Of a DNA stretch of 39,506 nucleotides, positions 18,371 to 24,650 are shown in pieces. The position numbers were made by a program, and so were the translations under genes. Each line of letters opens with the position of its first letter. Within the stretch, counting starts at the first letter, position 1. Under the pieces are notes generated by a model that worked only from the letters and a program-made list of their open reading frames with translations, ran no database searches and had not been told where the DNA came from. Origin of the DNA: a virus (taxonomy: Duplodnaviria; Caudoviricetes); IMG/VR virus record IMGVR_UViG_3300032294_001287, positions 1-39,506 of that record. One strand, written 5' to 3'.

Positions 18371-18429
18371 AACTCTAAAATAGAGAGTCGCCTTGTACTA
18401 GCAAGTGGTGAGTTATACACTAATTGTGA

Positions 18430-19065
18430 CTATCCTAAGAACTGTCTAGACATCCAGCCGGTATTTCCGTTTACAGAAACAAATGCCCATTCGCCTTGCT
18501 CTTGGATAATTCTTACTTTAGTGTTCGCTGGAATTATAGATCTCGAAGTAAAGTTTTTACCGGGGCCTTCGCGTAGATTTAATCTGGCGAGTGTGCGAAG
18601 CTCTTTTCCGGTTTTAGGTAGAGATATTGTAGAAAGCCATTCACGAACAGAGAACGATGGACAGGCCTTGATCCATTCGTTTGGTTCGATAACGCCGTTT
18701 CTATTTTTGTCTGGCGAGAAGTCTCTGTGTCCTAGTATGATTGCGCCGGGGAATTGGTTTGTTAGTTCTCTGATAAGAGTCTCCATAGCAGCGAGCTGCT
18801 CGGGGGTTCTATTGTCAACCGGCTTACCAGACTTATCTACCCCACCTATGTAGGAGATATGAATAGAGTTAGCATTATGTCCGGCTACTCCATTTGTAGG
18901 GGTGGCGTAATCTGACAGGTTATGTACGATACCTTTGGCATCTATAATGCGGTGGTATCCGGGTCGCTTCCATCCTATGGATCGCCAGTAATTCCTAATA
19001 GTGTCAATGGTCTGCGTCTGCGGACTAGCAGTGCAGTGGACTACGATGTGGGTTATCTTTCTCAT
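18430..19065 (-). CDS. Endolysin: N-acetylmuramoyl-L-alanine amidase (Amidase_2) with C-terminal SH3b domain
   Basis: IVVHCTA, PGYH, GHNANSIHISYIGG, GHRD, KACPSF; C-terminal LNLREGPG...GEWAFV...GWM. Confidence 0.93.
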   Translation of the reverse strand: MRKITHIVVHCTASPQTQTIDTIRNYWRSIGWKRPGYHRIIDAKGIVHNLSDYATPTNGVAGHNANSIHISYIGGVDKSGKPVDNRTPEQLAAMETLIRELTNQFPGAIILGHRDFSPDKNRNGVIEPNEWIKACPSFSVREWLSTISLPKTGKELRTLARLNLREGPGKNFTSRSIIPANTKVRIIQEQGEWAFVSVNGNTGWMSRQFLG

Positions 19066-19325
19066 GAGTTCTTGCGTCTCTCGATGAACTCAGAGTGTTT
19101 GGATTCTAAAAAATAACGGTGTTGTTTTTTGTCGCCATACTCTAAATGACAAGACCTGCACACCGCCATCAGATTTTCGATCTTGTCTTTAGCTTTGCTG
19201 CCGCCCATACCACGACAATCAATATGGTGAATGTCCACAGCACGGGAGCCACAGACCTCGCAAGAAACAAAATCATCAGCAACATAGCCGAAAAAATCAA
19301 GGTAGATTTTGACATGCTTTTTCAA
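19062..19325 (-). CDS. Small HNH endonuclease
   Basis: CEVC...DIHHI...ENLMAVCRSCH; TTG start overlapping the upstream stop. Confidence 0.85.
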   Translation of the reverse strand: MKKHVKIYLDFFGYVADDFVSCEVCGSRAVDIHHIDCRGMGGSKAKDKIENLMAVCRSCHLEYGDKKQHRYFLESKHSEFIERRKNS

Positions 19326-19501
19326 TTCCAGATAAAGTTGATGGAGAAGAAGATCAGGCCGACCTGAATTAGTTTTGCTTCATGGTAGCATTCACACAGG
19401 TCACAATACTTTTCTAGTGTCATAGAAAAGATTCCCAAACTAAACTCTTGTGGTAGTATATCGATTCCTATATCGAGTCTACCTATACTGATTATATACA
19501 T
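19322..19501 (-). CDS. Small hypothetical protein (59 aa), not in ORF track
   Basis: MYIISIGRLDIGIDILPQEFSLGIFSMTLEKYCDLCECYHEAKLIQVGLIFFSINFIWN; TTGA overlap with the HNH start. Confidence 0.6.
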   Translation of the reverse strand: MYIISIGRLDIGIDILPQEFSLGIFSMTLEKYCDLCECYHEAKLIQVGLIFFSINFIWN

Positions 19502-19524
19502 AGGCTAGTATTTAGATCCAACCA

Positions 19525-19785
19525 AGAGAATCGAGAGCATGGTTAGCCCATCGATTCTGCTTTCGTTTACAAAGGCTGAGCACCTGAGTCCCCCCTTCGA
19601 ACGTCCCCAACTGAACACCGAGTCGCTGGGTTTGAGAGCTACTTTAAGATGGATCGGCCCACCTGCAGACATACCCTTCCTCTCTTTGCATCTGGGTTGC
19701 GCCATCGTCTGCTGCCCACTCTTGCGCTGATTGCAGTTCGCAAACTGCAAACACCCCCGAGCCGTAGTATTCCCGAAAGGGGTGA
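19525..19785 (-). ncRNA. Candidate structured RNA / long 5' leader of the leftward operon
   Basis: GC-rich, begins right after a TAGTTTTG box. Stems CACCCC/GGGGTG, TTGCAGTT/AACTGCAA, GCAGAC/GTCTGC, GGTGGG/TCCATC, AGAATCGA/TCGATTCT. Confidence 0.5.
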
Positions 19786-19789
19786 AATG

Positions 19790-19797
19790 CAAAACTA
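19790..19797 (-). promoter_or_regulatory. Leftward -7 promoter box (TAGTTTTG)
   Basis: TAnnTTTG match at the head of the ~19.5 kb leftward gene block. Confidence 0.6.
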
Positions 19798-19835
19798 TCA
19801 AAACTCTTGTATATAGATCCGAGTTAATCACAAAC

Positions 19836-19844
19836 TGTGGATAA
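19836..19844. promoter_or_regulatory. DnaA box (TTATCCACA on the minus strand)
   Basis: Perfect consensus TGTGGATAA between divergent promoters; degenerate inverted partner TTAATCACA just upstream. Confidence 0.45.
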
Positions 19845-19870
19845 CACAATAAAATAGAGTTTTCTCGTTT

Positions 19871-19878
19871 TATCTTTG
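19871..19878 (+). promoter_or_regulatory. Rightward -7 promoter box (TATCTTTG)
   Basis: TAnnTTTG match upstream of the tRNA-like gene and three ORFs. Confidence 0.6.
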
Positions 19879-19894
19879 GAGAGTAGTGTGTTAC

Positions 19895-19924
19895 CCGCTG
19901 CCGTTTCTACGGCGGTGGTTTTTT
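19895..19924 (+). terminator. Promoter-proximal intrinsic terminator / attenuator
   Basis: CCGCTGCCGT-TTCT-ACGGCGGTGG hairpin followed by T6. Confidence 0.6.
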
Positions 19925-20041
19925 AGTCAGGTGGCGAAATTGGCAGACGCAGGGTTTAGTGTTGCTGATGTAGATAGGCAACTTGTCACGCAGCGAGATA
20001 GCGTACCCTTTCTATTGTAGGTTCGACCCCTACCCTGACTG
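19925..20041 (+). tRNA. tRNA-like RNA with a ~49 nt structured insert replacing the anticodon loop; no assignable anticodon
   Basis: Acceptor AGTCAGG/CCTGACT, D-arm GCG-AAATTGGCAGA-CGC, T-arm GTAGG-TTCGACC-CCTAC, stem AGGGT/ACCCT enclosing the insert. Confidence 0.7.
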
Positions 20042-20042
20042 C

Positions 20043-20261
20043 ATGAAGTATTACGTTTACGAAGGAGGTGTCGACCATAAGGGTCGCCAAACATTTGAGC
20101 TTGACTTTGCTTTCTCAGACAGAGAGCAGGCAGTGGAGAGGTGCGAGGATATCGCCAAAAGGATTCAGCTCGGGGGATATGTAGAAGCCATCGGCTACAG
20201 AGAACACCTATGGGTAGACAAAGAAGACAGAGTAACACTATCTAAACTAATAGAAGTATGA
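20043..20261 (+). CDS. Hypothetical protein (72 aa)
   Basis: Start moved to ATG 20043 (MKYYVYEGG); the upstream part of the track ORF lies in the tRNA-like gene. Confidence 0.6.
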   Translation: MKYYVYEGGVDHKGRQTFELDFAFSDREQAVERCEDIAKRIQLGGYVEAIGYREHLWVDKEDRVTLSKLIEV

Positions 20262-20473
20262 CACAGTTTAACCTTAAGGAAGCCCTAGAGGGCAAGCCAG
20301 TAGTAACCAGAGAAGGTAAAGAAGTAAAAATCGCCGGCTACTCAGAATCGGCTGAAGAAAACTACCGCATCGCCGGTTGGGTGGATGGATGTGTAAAGGG
20401 GTGGTACGAAGACGGCGGATACCTAAGAGGGTTTGAAAGTAACCTAGACCTGTTCATAAACCAAAGACCATGA
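20258..20473 (+). CDS. Hypothetical phage protein
   Basis: FNLKEALEGKPVVTREG N-terminus resembles a recurrent small phage protein type; ATGA-coupled. Confidence 0.65.
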   Translation: MTQFNLKEALEGKPVVTREGKEVKIAGYSESAEENYRIAGWVDGCVKGWYEDGGYLRGFESNLDLFINQRP

Positions 20474-20652
20474 AGGAAAAGATAGACAAACTGTCCGCCC
20501 AGATAGACAAGCTGGTAAAGCGGAAGGAAGAGGCAGACGCCAAGAGCGATAAACTCAGGAGGGAGATAAGCAAACTCATGGCCGAGTATGAGCGCCTGTC
20601 AGAGATCATGTTCACCGGCAGGGTGTTCAGGAGTGAGACCCAAGAGATTTAG
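20470..20652 (+). CDS. Small coiled-coil hypothetical protein
   Basis: 60 aa, heptad pattern, ATGA-coupled. Confidence 0.6.
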   Translation: MKEKIDKLSAQIDKLVKRKEEADAKSDKLRREISKLMAEYERLSEIMFTGRVFRSETQEI

Positions 20653-21148
20653 AGGCTGATAGGGGGCCTGTAATAAAAACGATGGCAAAGTCGCCAAAGA
20701 ATAAAGAGGCCAAGGACGGGGCTGAGAATGCTCCTAATGCAAAAACTCGAGACTTTTACCTTAACACACACATAAAGAAAAAGTGTGGGGTTTGTGAGGT
20801 CGGAGGGGTGGGGTTATGCATATATACACTGGGGTCGGCTGCCATTTGCGAAACGCGAAACGCGAATCGGGTGGGTGCAATTTTACCCTTTCTGAAATCG
20901 ATTTTTGGGTTTCGATATAAGGGTCGGTTATATCGGACATATACCAAACCCAATACCACACTACATTCCATAACATATGGGTAAGAAAGTAATTCATCCC
21001 CACCACATTTGTGGAGGAAAAGATAAAGCGAATTGTACTATGAAAACCAAAGAGAGAAAGCGGAATGGAGGGCGAAATGTGGGCGCGTTTGTGTGCGTGA
21101 CAAACCCCAATAACCCCTCCTCCTCCCCTCTCACCCCTCAACCCAATT

Positions 21149-21472
21149 ATGCTGATCGATAAACATTTCCTTTTAATTGATGGCGCGATACGGAAAGTGT
21201 CGAAGCGTTTCGCTGTTCCCTCCCTTACCCGCTCCCATCTCTTTTGCCTTTACATTGTCAAGCGGTCACACCTCCCTCCCTCCTCTGCATTCCTCCTACG
21301 CAAGTCCAAGGAGTACCACTACGATGCAGCAGAAAACACGATCTACAAAGCACTACGCGAACTAGTCCAATATGAACTACTCTCCCTTGTCGATGGCAAG
21401 TTTTCTATTACTCCCCTAGGTAGGGAATACGTTAACGCGTTGCGACGATACTTGCTTAACAAACGTCTTTAG
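21149..21472 (+). CDS. Putative winged-helix DNA-binding protein
   Basis: TIYKALRELVQYELL...FSITPLGREYV is a typical wHTH recognition helix and wing ending. Confidence 0.6.
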   Translation: MLIDKHFLLIDGAIRKVSKRFAVPSLTRSHLFCLYIVKRSHLPPSSAFLLRKSKEYHYDAAENTIYKALRELVQYELLSLVDGKFSITPLGREYVNALRRYLLNKRL

Positions 21473-21617
21473 CTGCTCTCCTCTATACGGCATTTTTATG
21501 CCCCCGAACTGCCCTCCTTTGGGCATTAACAAAACTTTAACATTTCGCTACACTCTTACTCTCCCAAGCATTTGAGCTGCTAAATCTGTTTAGCACTGGT
21601 ACTTTTTCAAAAATAAA

Positions 21618-21650
21618 TTTGGAATTCGGTTATGCGTTGCCGTATGTTTG
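21618..21650 (+). promoter_or_regulatory. Full-consensus Bacteroidota sigma-A promoter (putative major early promoter)
   Basis: TTTG (21618-21) - 21 nt - TATGTTTG (21643-50), with an AT-rich tract upstream. Confidence 0.8.
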
Positions 21651-21654
21651 CAAA

Positions 21655-21975
21655 GTCAAACGGAAACGGGTAACCGAAAAATTTGACAAAGTTCTTTTCA
21701 TCGCTGCTGCACACCCGACCTAATTAAGTCGCTTAGTCCCTGCGGTATGGTTACGATACGAGCATGAAGAATGCCAAGTAACTCGAGGTTGACCCCCTCG
21801 GCGCATAATATCAGTCCCTGTGTGGTATCACTAGACTACGCTTGTAAGATGTGCGCCAAACCTCGGTAGTTCCGAGTTAGGGTGTTGGGGTTGCCAAACC
21901 GAAAGGAGTAACCTACTGCCGAGATCCCATTGAGGTCGATTTATCACCTCTTTGCCCTCTAAGTGCATAAGTAAA
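21655..21975 (+). ncRNA. Structured leader / candidate ncRNA between promoter and ribozyme
   Basis: No credible sense ORF. Stems GTCAAA/TTTGAC, CGAGG/CCTCG, GGCGCATA/TGTGCGCC, CTCGGTAGT/ACTGCCGAG, GGTTGC/GTAACC enclosing CC-GAAA-GG, GAGGT/ACCTC. Confidence 0.6.
21689..21697 (+). promoter_or_regulatory. boxA-like antitermination element
   Basis: AAGTTCTTT right after the first leader hairpin GTCAAA/TTTGAC, resembling rrn boxA (GCTCTTT core). Confidence 0.4.
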
Positions 21976-22030
21976 AAGCGTCTGCGGATATGCTGTCCGC
22001 ACTGATGAGCCACGGCATGGCGAAACGCTT
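21976..22030 (+). ncRNA. Hammerhead ribozyme, type III
   Basis: Stem III AAGCGT/ACGCTT; GTC cleavage triplet (cut after 21982); stem I TGCGGATA/TGTCCGCA; core CTGATGA; stem II GCCA/TGGC; GAAA. Loop I TGC is complementary to GCA in loop II. Confidence 0.93.
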
Positions 22031-22042
22031 AAACTAACAAAA

Positions 22043-22225
22043 ATGATTAAGGTAAAGTATGAAAATTCTTGGTACGGATATCAAGGTCGGGACGGCTTTG
22101 CATTGTATGTAGATGGCAAAAAAATGCATATAGGTTTATTCGTGTCAGTATCTGCATTGAGGGATTATTGGAGGGCATATATGCCAATGTTGTCAGCGGG
22201 AATGATACCACATCAGTATCAGTAA
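22043..22225 (+). CDS. Small early hypothetical protein
   Basis: First ORF after the ribozyme, A-rich start context. Confidence 0.6.
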   Translation: MIKVKYENSWYGYQGRDGFALYVDGKKMHIGLFVSVSALRDYWRAYMPMLSAGMIPHQYQ

Positions 22226-22232
22226 CTGCCCC

Positions 22233-22276
22233 GAACTGCGATGGTCTTAACATTGGTTCGAGTCCAATGGCAGTTC
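22233..22276 (+). repeat. Mini-tRNA-like element, copy 1
   Basis: GAACTGC-GATGGTCTTAA-CATTGG-TTCGAGT-CCAATG-GCAGTTC. Confidence 0.75.
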
Positions 22277-22291
22277 CTTAAACACACACAC

Positions 22292-22396
22292 ATGAAAAAA
22301 GTGATCCTCTTTTTCGCCCTCGTGATATGCGTTAACGCTATCGGTTGGCACTATTCAGCACACAAACAATGTATACATCTAAACACACACAAATGA
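22292..22396 (+). CDS. Small hydrophobic peptide (34 aa), not in ORF track
   Basis: MKKVILFFALVICVNAIGWHYSAHKQCIHLNTHK; ATGA overlap with next ORF. Confidence 0.5.
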   Translation: MKKVILFFALVICVNAIGWHYSAHKQCIHLNTHK

Positions 22397-22584
22397 GAGT
22401 ACGCAAACCTTTGGCAGTAGTTAGCTGCCGTCCCGAACAAAAGCCCATCATCAGGCAGAGAGCATTCAGCACCCATGCTCGCATTAAATACCTAGTTCAG
22501 CAGCTAGGTCTTGACCCCCTCCAGTATCAGAGAGAAGCAAAGCTAAGATGCCTATTCCGTGAACTACAAACCCAAAGCATATGA
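22393..22584 (+). CDS. Small basic hypothetical protein
   Basis: MRVRKPLAVV..., ATGA-coupled at both ends. Confidence 0.5.
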   Translation: MRVRKPLAVVSCRPEQKPIIRQRAFSTHARIKYLVQQLGLDPLQYQREAKLRCLFRELQTQSI

Positions 22585-22655
22585 AACAGCTAATTCAGTT
22601 ACTTATTGCCCTAGTGGTAGCTATGTACCTTATCGGCTTATTGCAGTCCATTTAA
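22581..22655 (+). CDS. Single-TM peptide (24 aa), not in ORF track
   Basis: MKQLIQLLIALVVAMYLIGLLQSI; stop 6 nt before mini-tRNA copy 2. Confidence 0.5.
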   Translation: MKQLIQLLIALVVAMYLIGLLQSI

Positions 22656-22661
22656 GCCCCC

Positions 22662-22709
22662 GAACTGCCCCCATTCTGATGGCATCTCGTTCGTGACGAG
22701 AGGCAGTTC
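22662..22709 (+). repeat. Mini-tRNA-like element, copy 2
   Basis: GAACTGCC-CCCATTCTGATGGCA-TCTCG-TTCGTGA-CGAGA-GGCAGTTC. Confidence 0.75.
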
Positions 22710-22730
22710 CTCATCAAAAACTCACACACT

Positions 22731-22925
22731 ATGACTATTTACGATGCGTGTTCTATCGTGGAGGGATTCTGCGGATATGAACCTACTGAAGAAGAGCAAC
22801 TCCAAGCGTGGTCTTACCTGATTAAATCAGGCGATGCATGGAAATTGCAAGGATGGTATGGCAGAAACGCCTCCTACTTAATTGATGCGGGATATATTTC
22901 TAAATCAGGCGAAGTTTTAAACTAA
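22731..22925 (+). CDS. Small hypothetical phage protein
   Basis: EEEQLQAWSYLIKSGDAWKLQGWYGR resembles a recurrent small phage protein type; AAAAACTCACACACT start context. Confidence 0.7.
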   Translation: MTIYDACSIVEGFCGYEPTEEEQLQAWSYLIKSGDAWKLQGWYGRNASYLIDAGYISKSGEVLN

Positions 22926-22939
22926 AAAACTCAAACATT

Positions 22940-23134
22940 ATGAACTATTCATTCTACCTATTCAGCAAGTTATTTGACGTTTATCACACCACCGAAGCCC
23001 CATACGATGAACTATTTGAGGAGGTAAAAGCAATGTACAAAGATTGGCTAGTATGGGATGTTGACAATGGTAAAAATATAGGCGAATACGAGTCTATGTG
23101 CGAATATCTCGCTACGACTGCCCCCGAAATTTAA
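22940..23134 (+). CDS. Small acidic hypothetical protein
   Basis: 64 aa, shared AAAAACTCA start context. Confidence 0.6.
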   Translation: MNYSFYLFSKLFDVYHTTEAPYDELFEEVKAMYKDWLVWDVDNGKNIGEYESMCEYLATTAPEI

Positions 23135-23152
23135 TAACTCAAAAACTCACAT

Positions 23153-23314
23153 ATGTCATACCAATTTATCGCCCACTTTGATGGCAGAGAAATATCAAAG
23201 GAATTCGACAGCATCGAGCAATGCCTTCGTGAAGCAGAAAATATGCAGCTACTGGGCTGCGAATATGTCGAGGTGCTGATTAACAATGAAACTTATTGTG
23301 AATACGAAAACTAA
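23153..23314 (+). CDS. Small acidic hypothetical protein (53 aa), not in ORF track
   Basis: MSYQFIAHFDGREISKEFDSIEQCLREAENMQLLGCEYVEVLINNETYCEYEN. Confidence 0.6.
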   Translation: MSYQFIAHFDGREISKEFDSIEQCLREAENMQLLGCEYVEVLINNETYCEYEN

Positions 23315-23320
23315 AATACC

Positions 23321-23503
23321 ATGAAAATGTACCATCACGTAATCGAAGAGGGTCACTACGGCAATGTTGGAACTCATGGCTACTACGATAAAATCGAAGA
23401 TGCCAAAAAAAGAGTAGCGGAATTGCAAGATATGTTCCCAAAGATGTTCTTCTATGTCTACTCATCGCCAAGCAAAAGTGAACCCGAATTTATCACCATC
23501 TAA
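23321..23503 (+). CDS. Small hypothetical protein
   Basis: 60 aa, tightly packed in the array. Confidence 0.6.
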   Translation: MKMYHHVIEEGHYGNVGTHGYYDKIEDAKKRVAELQDMFPKMFFYVYSSPSKSEPEFITI

Positions 23504-23514
23504 ACTCAAACACT

Positions 23515-23667
23515 ATGGTAAAAGTATATTTTGAAACGGGAAGCTATGCAGAACTAGTAGCGACATTCGACAGCGAAGAAACCTACGATGCCTGCTTTAG
23601 CGCACTGGAAGCACTAGCAAAAAAGAACGGATTTGAATTTGTCACTGAAAGCGTAGAGGACTTATAG
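23515..23667 (+). CDS. Small acidic protein (50 aa), paralog A; not in ORF track
   Basis: MVKVYFETGSYAELVATFDSEETYDACFSALEALAKKNGFEFVTESVEDL. Confidence 0.75.
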   Translation: MVKVYFETGSYAELVATFDSEETYDACFSALEALAKKNGFEFVTESVEDL

Positions 23668-23673
23668 TCCCCC

Positions 23674-23719
23674 GAACTGCCCCATACCGATGGCATCTCG
23701 TTCGTGACGAGAGCAGTTC
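23674..23719 (+). repeat. Mini-tRNA-like element, copy 3
   Basis: GAACTGC-CCCATACCGATGGCA-TCTCG-TTCGTGA-CGAGA-GCAGTTC (canonical 7+5 bp coaxial geometry). Confidence 0.75.
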
Positions 23720-23737
23720 CACACTAAAACAAACACT

Positions 23738-23887
23738 ATGATTGAAGTCTATTTTGAAACCAAAGGCTACGCAGAATTAGTAGCAGTATTCTACAATGAA
23801 GATGCCTACATGTCTGCTCTCCCATCGCTACAAGAACAATGCTTGAAGATGGGTTTTGAAAATGTAACTGAATCAGTAAACCAATAA
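23738..23887 (+). CDS. Small acidic protein (49 aa), paralog B; not in ORF track
   Basis: MIEVYFETKGYAELVAVFYNEDAYMSALPSLQEQCLKMGFENVTESVNQ, aligns with paralog A without gaps. Confidence 0.75.
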   Translation: MIEVYFETKGYAELVAVFYNEDAYMSALPSLQEQCLKMGFENVTESVNQ

Positions 23888-23898
23888 AACCACACACG

Positions 23899-24123
23899 AT
23901 GCTTACAATTTCACAACAACGAGAAATCGACAACGCAAGAGCAGTTCTAAAAAGTTACGGCTATTATGTTGAAAACCTTTGGCACATTGAAGATGTGTTT
24001 CCAAAGCATGATTGCACCGATGATGAGGCATACGATATCCTTGATGAAGCTATGCAAAATGACGCTACATATGAGCAGATATGGATGTCTATTGATTACG
24101 CAATTGATAAAGTAAAAAAATAA
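23899..24123 (+). CDS. Small acidic hypothetical protein
   Basis: 74 aa, array start context. Confidence 0.65.
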   Translation: MLTISQQREIDNARAVLKSYGYYVENLWHIEDVFPKHDCTDDEAYDILDEAMQNDATYEQIWMSIDYAIDKVKK

Positions 24124-24134
24124 AACTCACACAC

Positions 24135-24341
24135 ATGAACCAACTATTTTCAATAAGCGGATATTGGAAAGATGACAAGTCCGAATTCTCCGACTACATC
24201 GTTTCTTCCAGTGATGACATAGGCGAAGATGATGACATCTTTTTCTATGGACTATCCGAAAGTGAACTATCCGAAGCGGTAACGCTGGGAGAAAACACCG
24301 CACACGAATTTGTTATCACCCATTACGAACCGATAAACTAA
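24135..24341 (+). CDS. Small acidic hypothetical protein
   Basis: 68 aa, AAAACTCACACAC start context. Confidence 0.65.
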   Translation: MNQLFSISGYWKDDKSEFSDYIVSSSDDIGEDDDIFFYGLSESELSEAVTLGENTAHEFVITHYEPIN

Positions 24342-24347
24342 ACCACC

Positions 24348-24644
24348 ATGACACTACTACAAAAAATCGAATCAGTAAGACAAGAAGCCATCGAAAAGAT
24401 AAAGCGAAACGGAAGCCAAGTTCTATACGATGAAGCGAAGCATGACCTATATGACCTGCCACATCATCACGATACGGACAAGTACGGAAACTACAATCAG
24501 TTCGCTATCGTCTCTTACTTTGTAGACGGCGATGACATTGTCTTTAAGGGTAAGGATGTAGAGGAGGTTTTTGAGGAGAGAGATTTCCATGTAGCAGAAC
24601 TAGACACCGACTCTCTTGCATATATAGCAGACGAGTGGATATAA
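24348..24644 (+). CDS. Acidic hypothetical protein
   Basis: 98 aa; stop 6 nt before mini-tRNA copy 4. Confidence 0.65.
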   Translation: MTLLQKIESVRQEAIEKIKRNGSQVLYDEAKHDLYDLPHHHDTDKYGNYNQFAIVSYFVDGDDIVFKGKDVEEVFEERDFHVAELDTDSLAYIADEWI

Positions 24645-24650
24645 TCCCCC

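Noticed and set aside
19660-19700. RNase P RNA (GAGGAAGG resembling GAGGAAAGUCC) on the minus strand
   Set aside because: The match is partial and the conserved 3' P4 strand is not found
19062-19785. OMEGA/HEARO-like RNA-guided HNH system
   Set aside because: The HNH protein is only 87 aa with no RuvC or PLMP features, is separated from the RNA by another ORF, and resembles ordinary phage HNH proteins
19757-19785. Group II intron domain V (GAGCCGTAG...GAAA) on the plus strand
   Set aside because: The complementary 3' strand (TACGGTTC-like) is absent and there is no maturase/RT
20682-21162. ORFs 20682..20984, 20756..20971, 20761..21141 and 20977..21162
   Set aside because: Mutually overlapping, low-complexity translations of G/C-run DNA with no recognisable motifs; coding cannot be excluded but is unsupported
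21730-21840. Group I intron core (GACTA / TAGTC resembling R and S elements)
   Set aside because: The S-like segments lie upstream of the R-like one, no P/Q elements or interrupted gene are evident, and the matches are short
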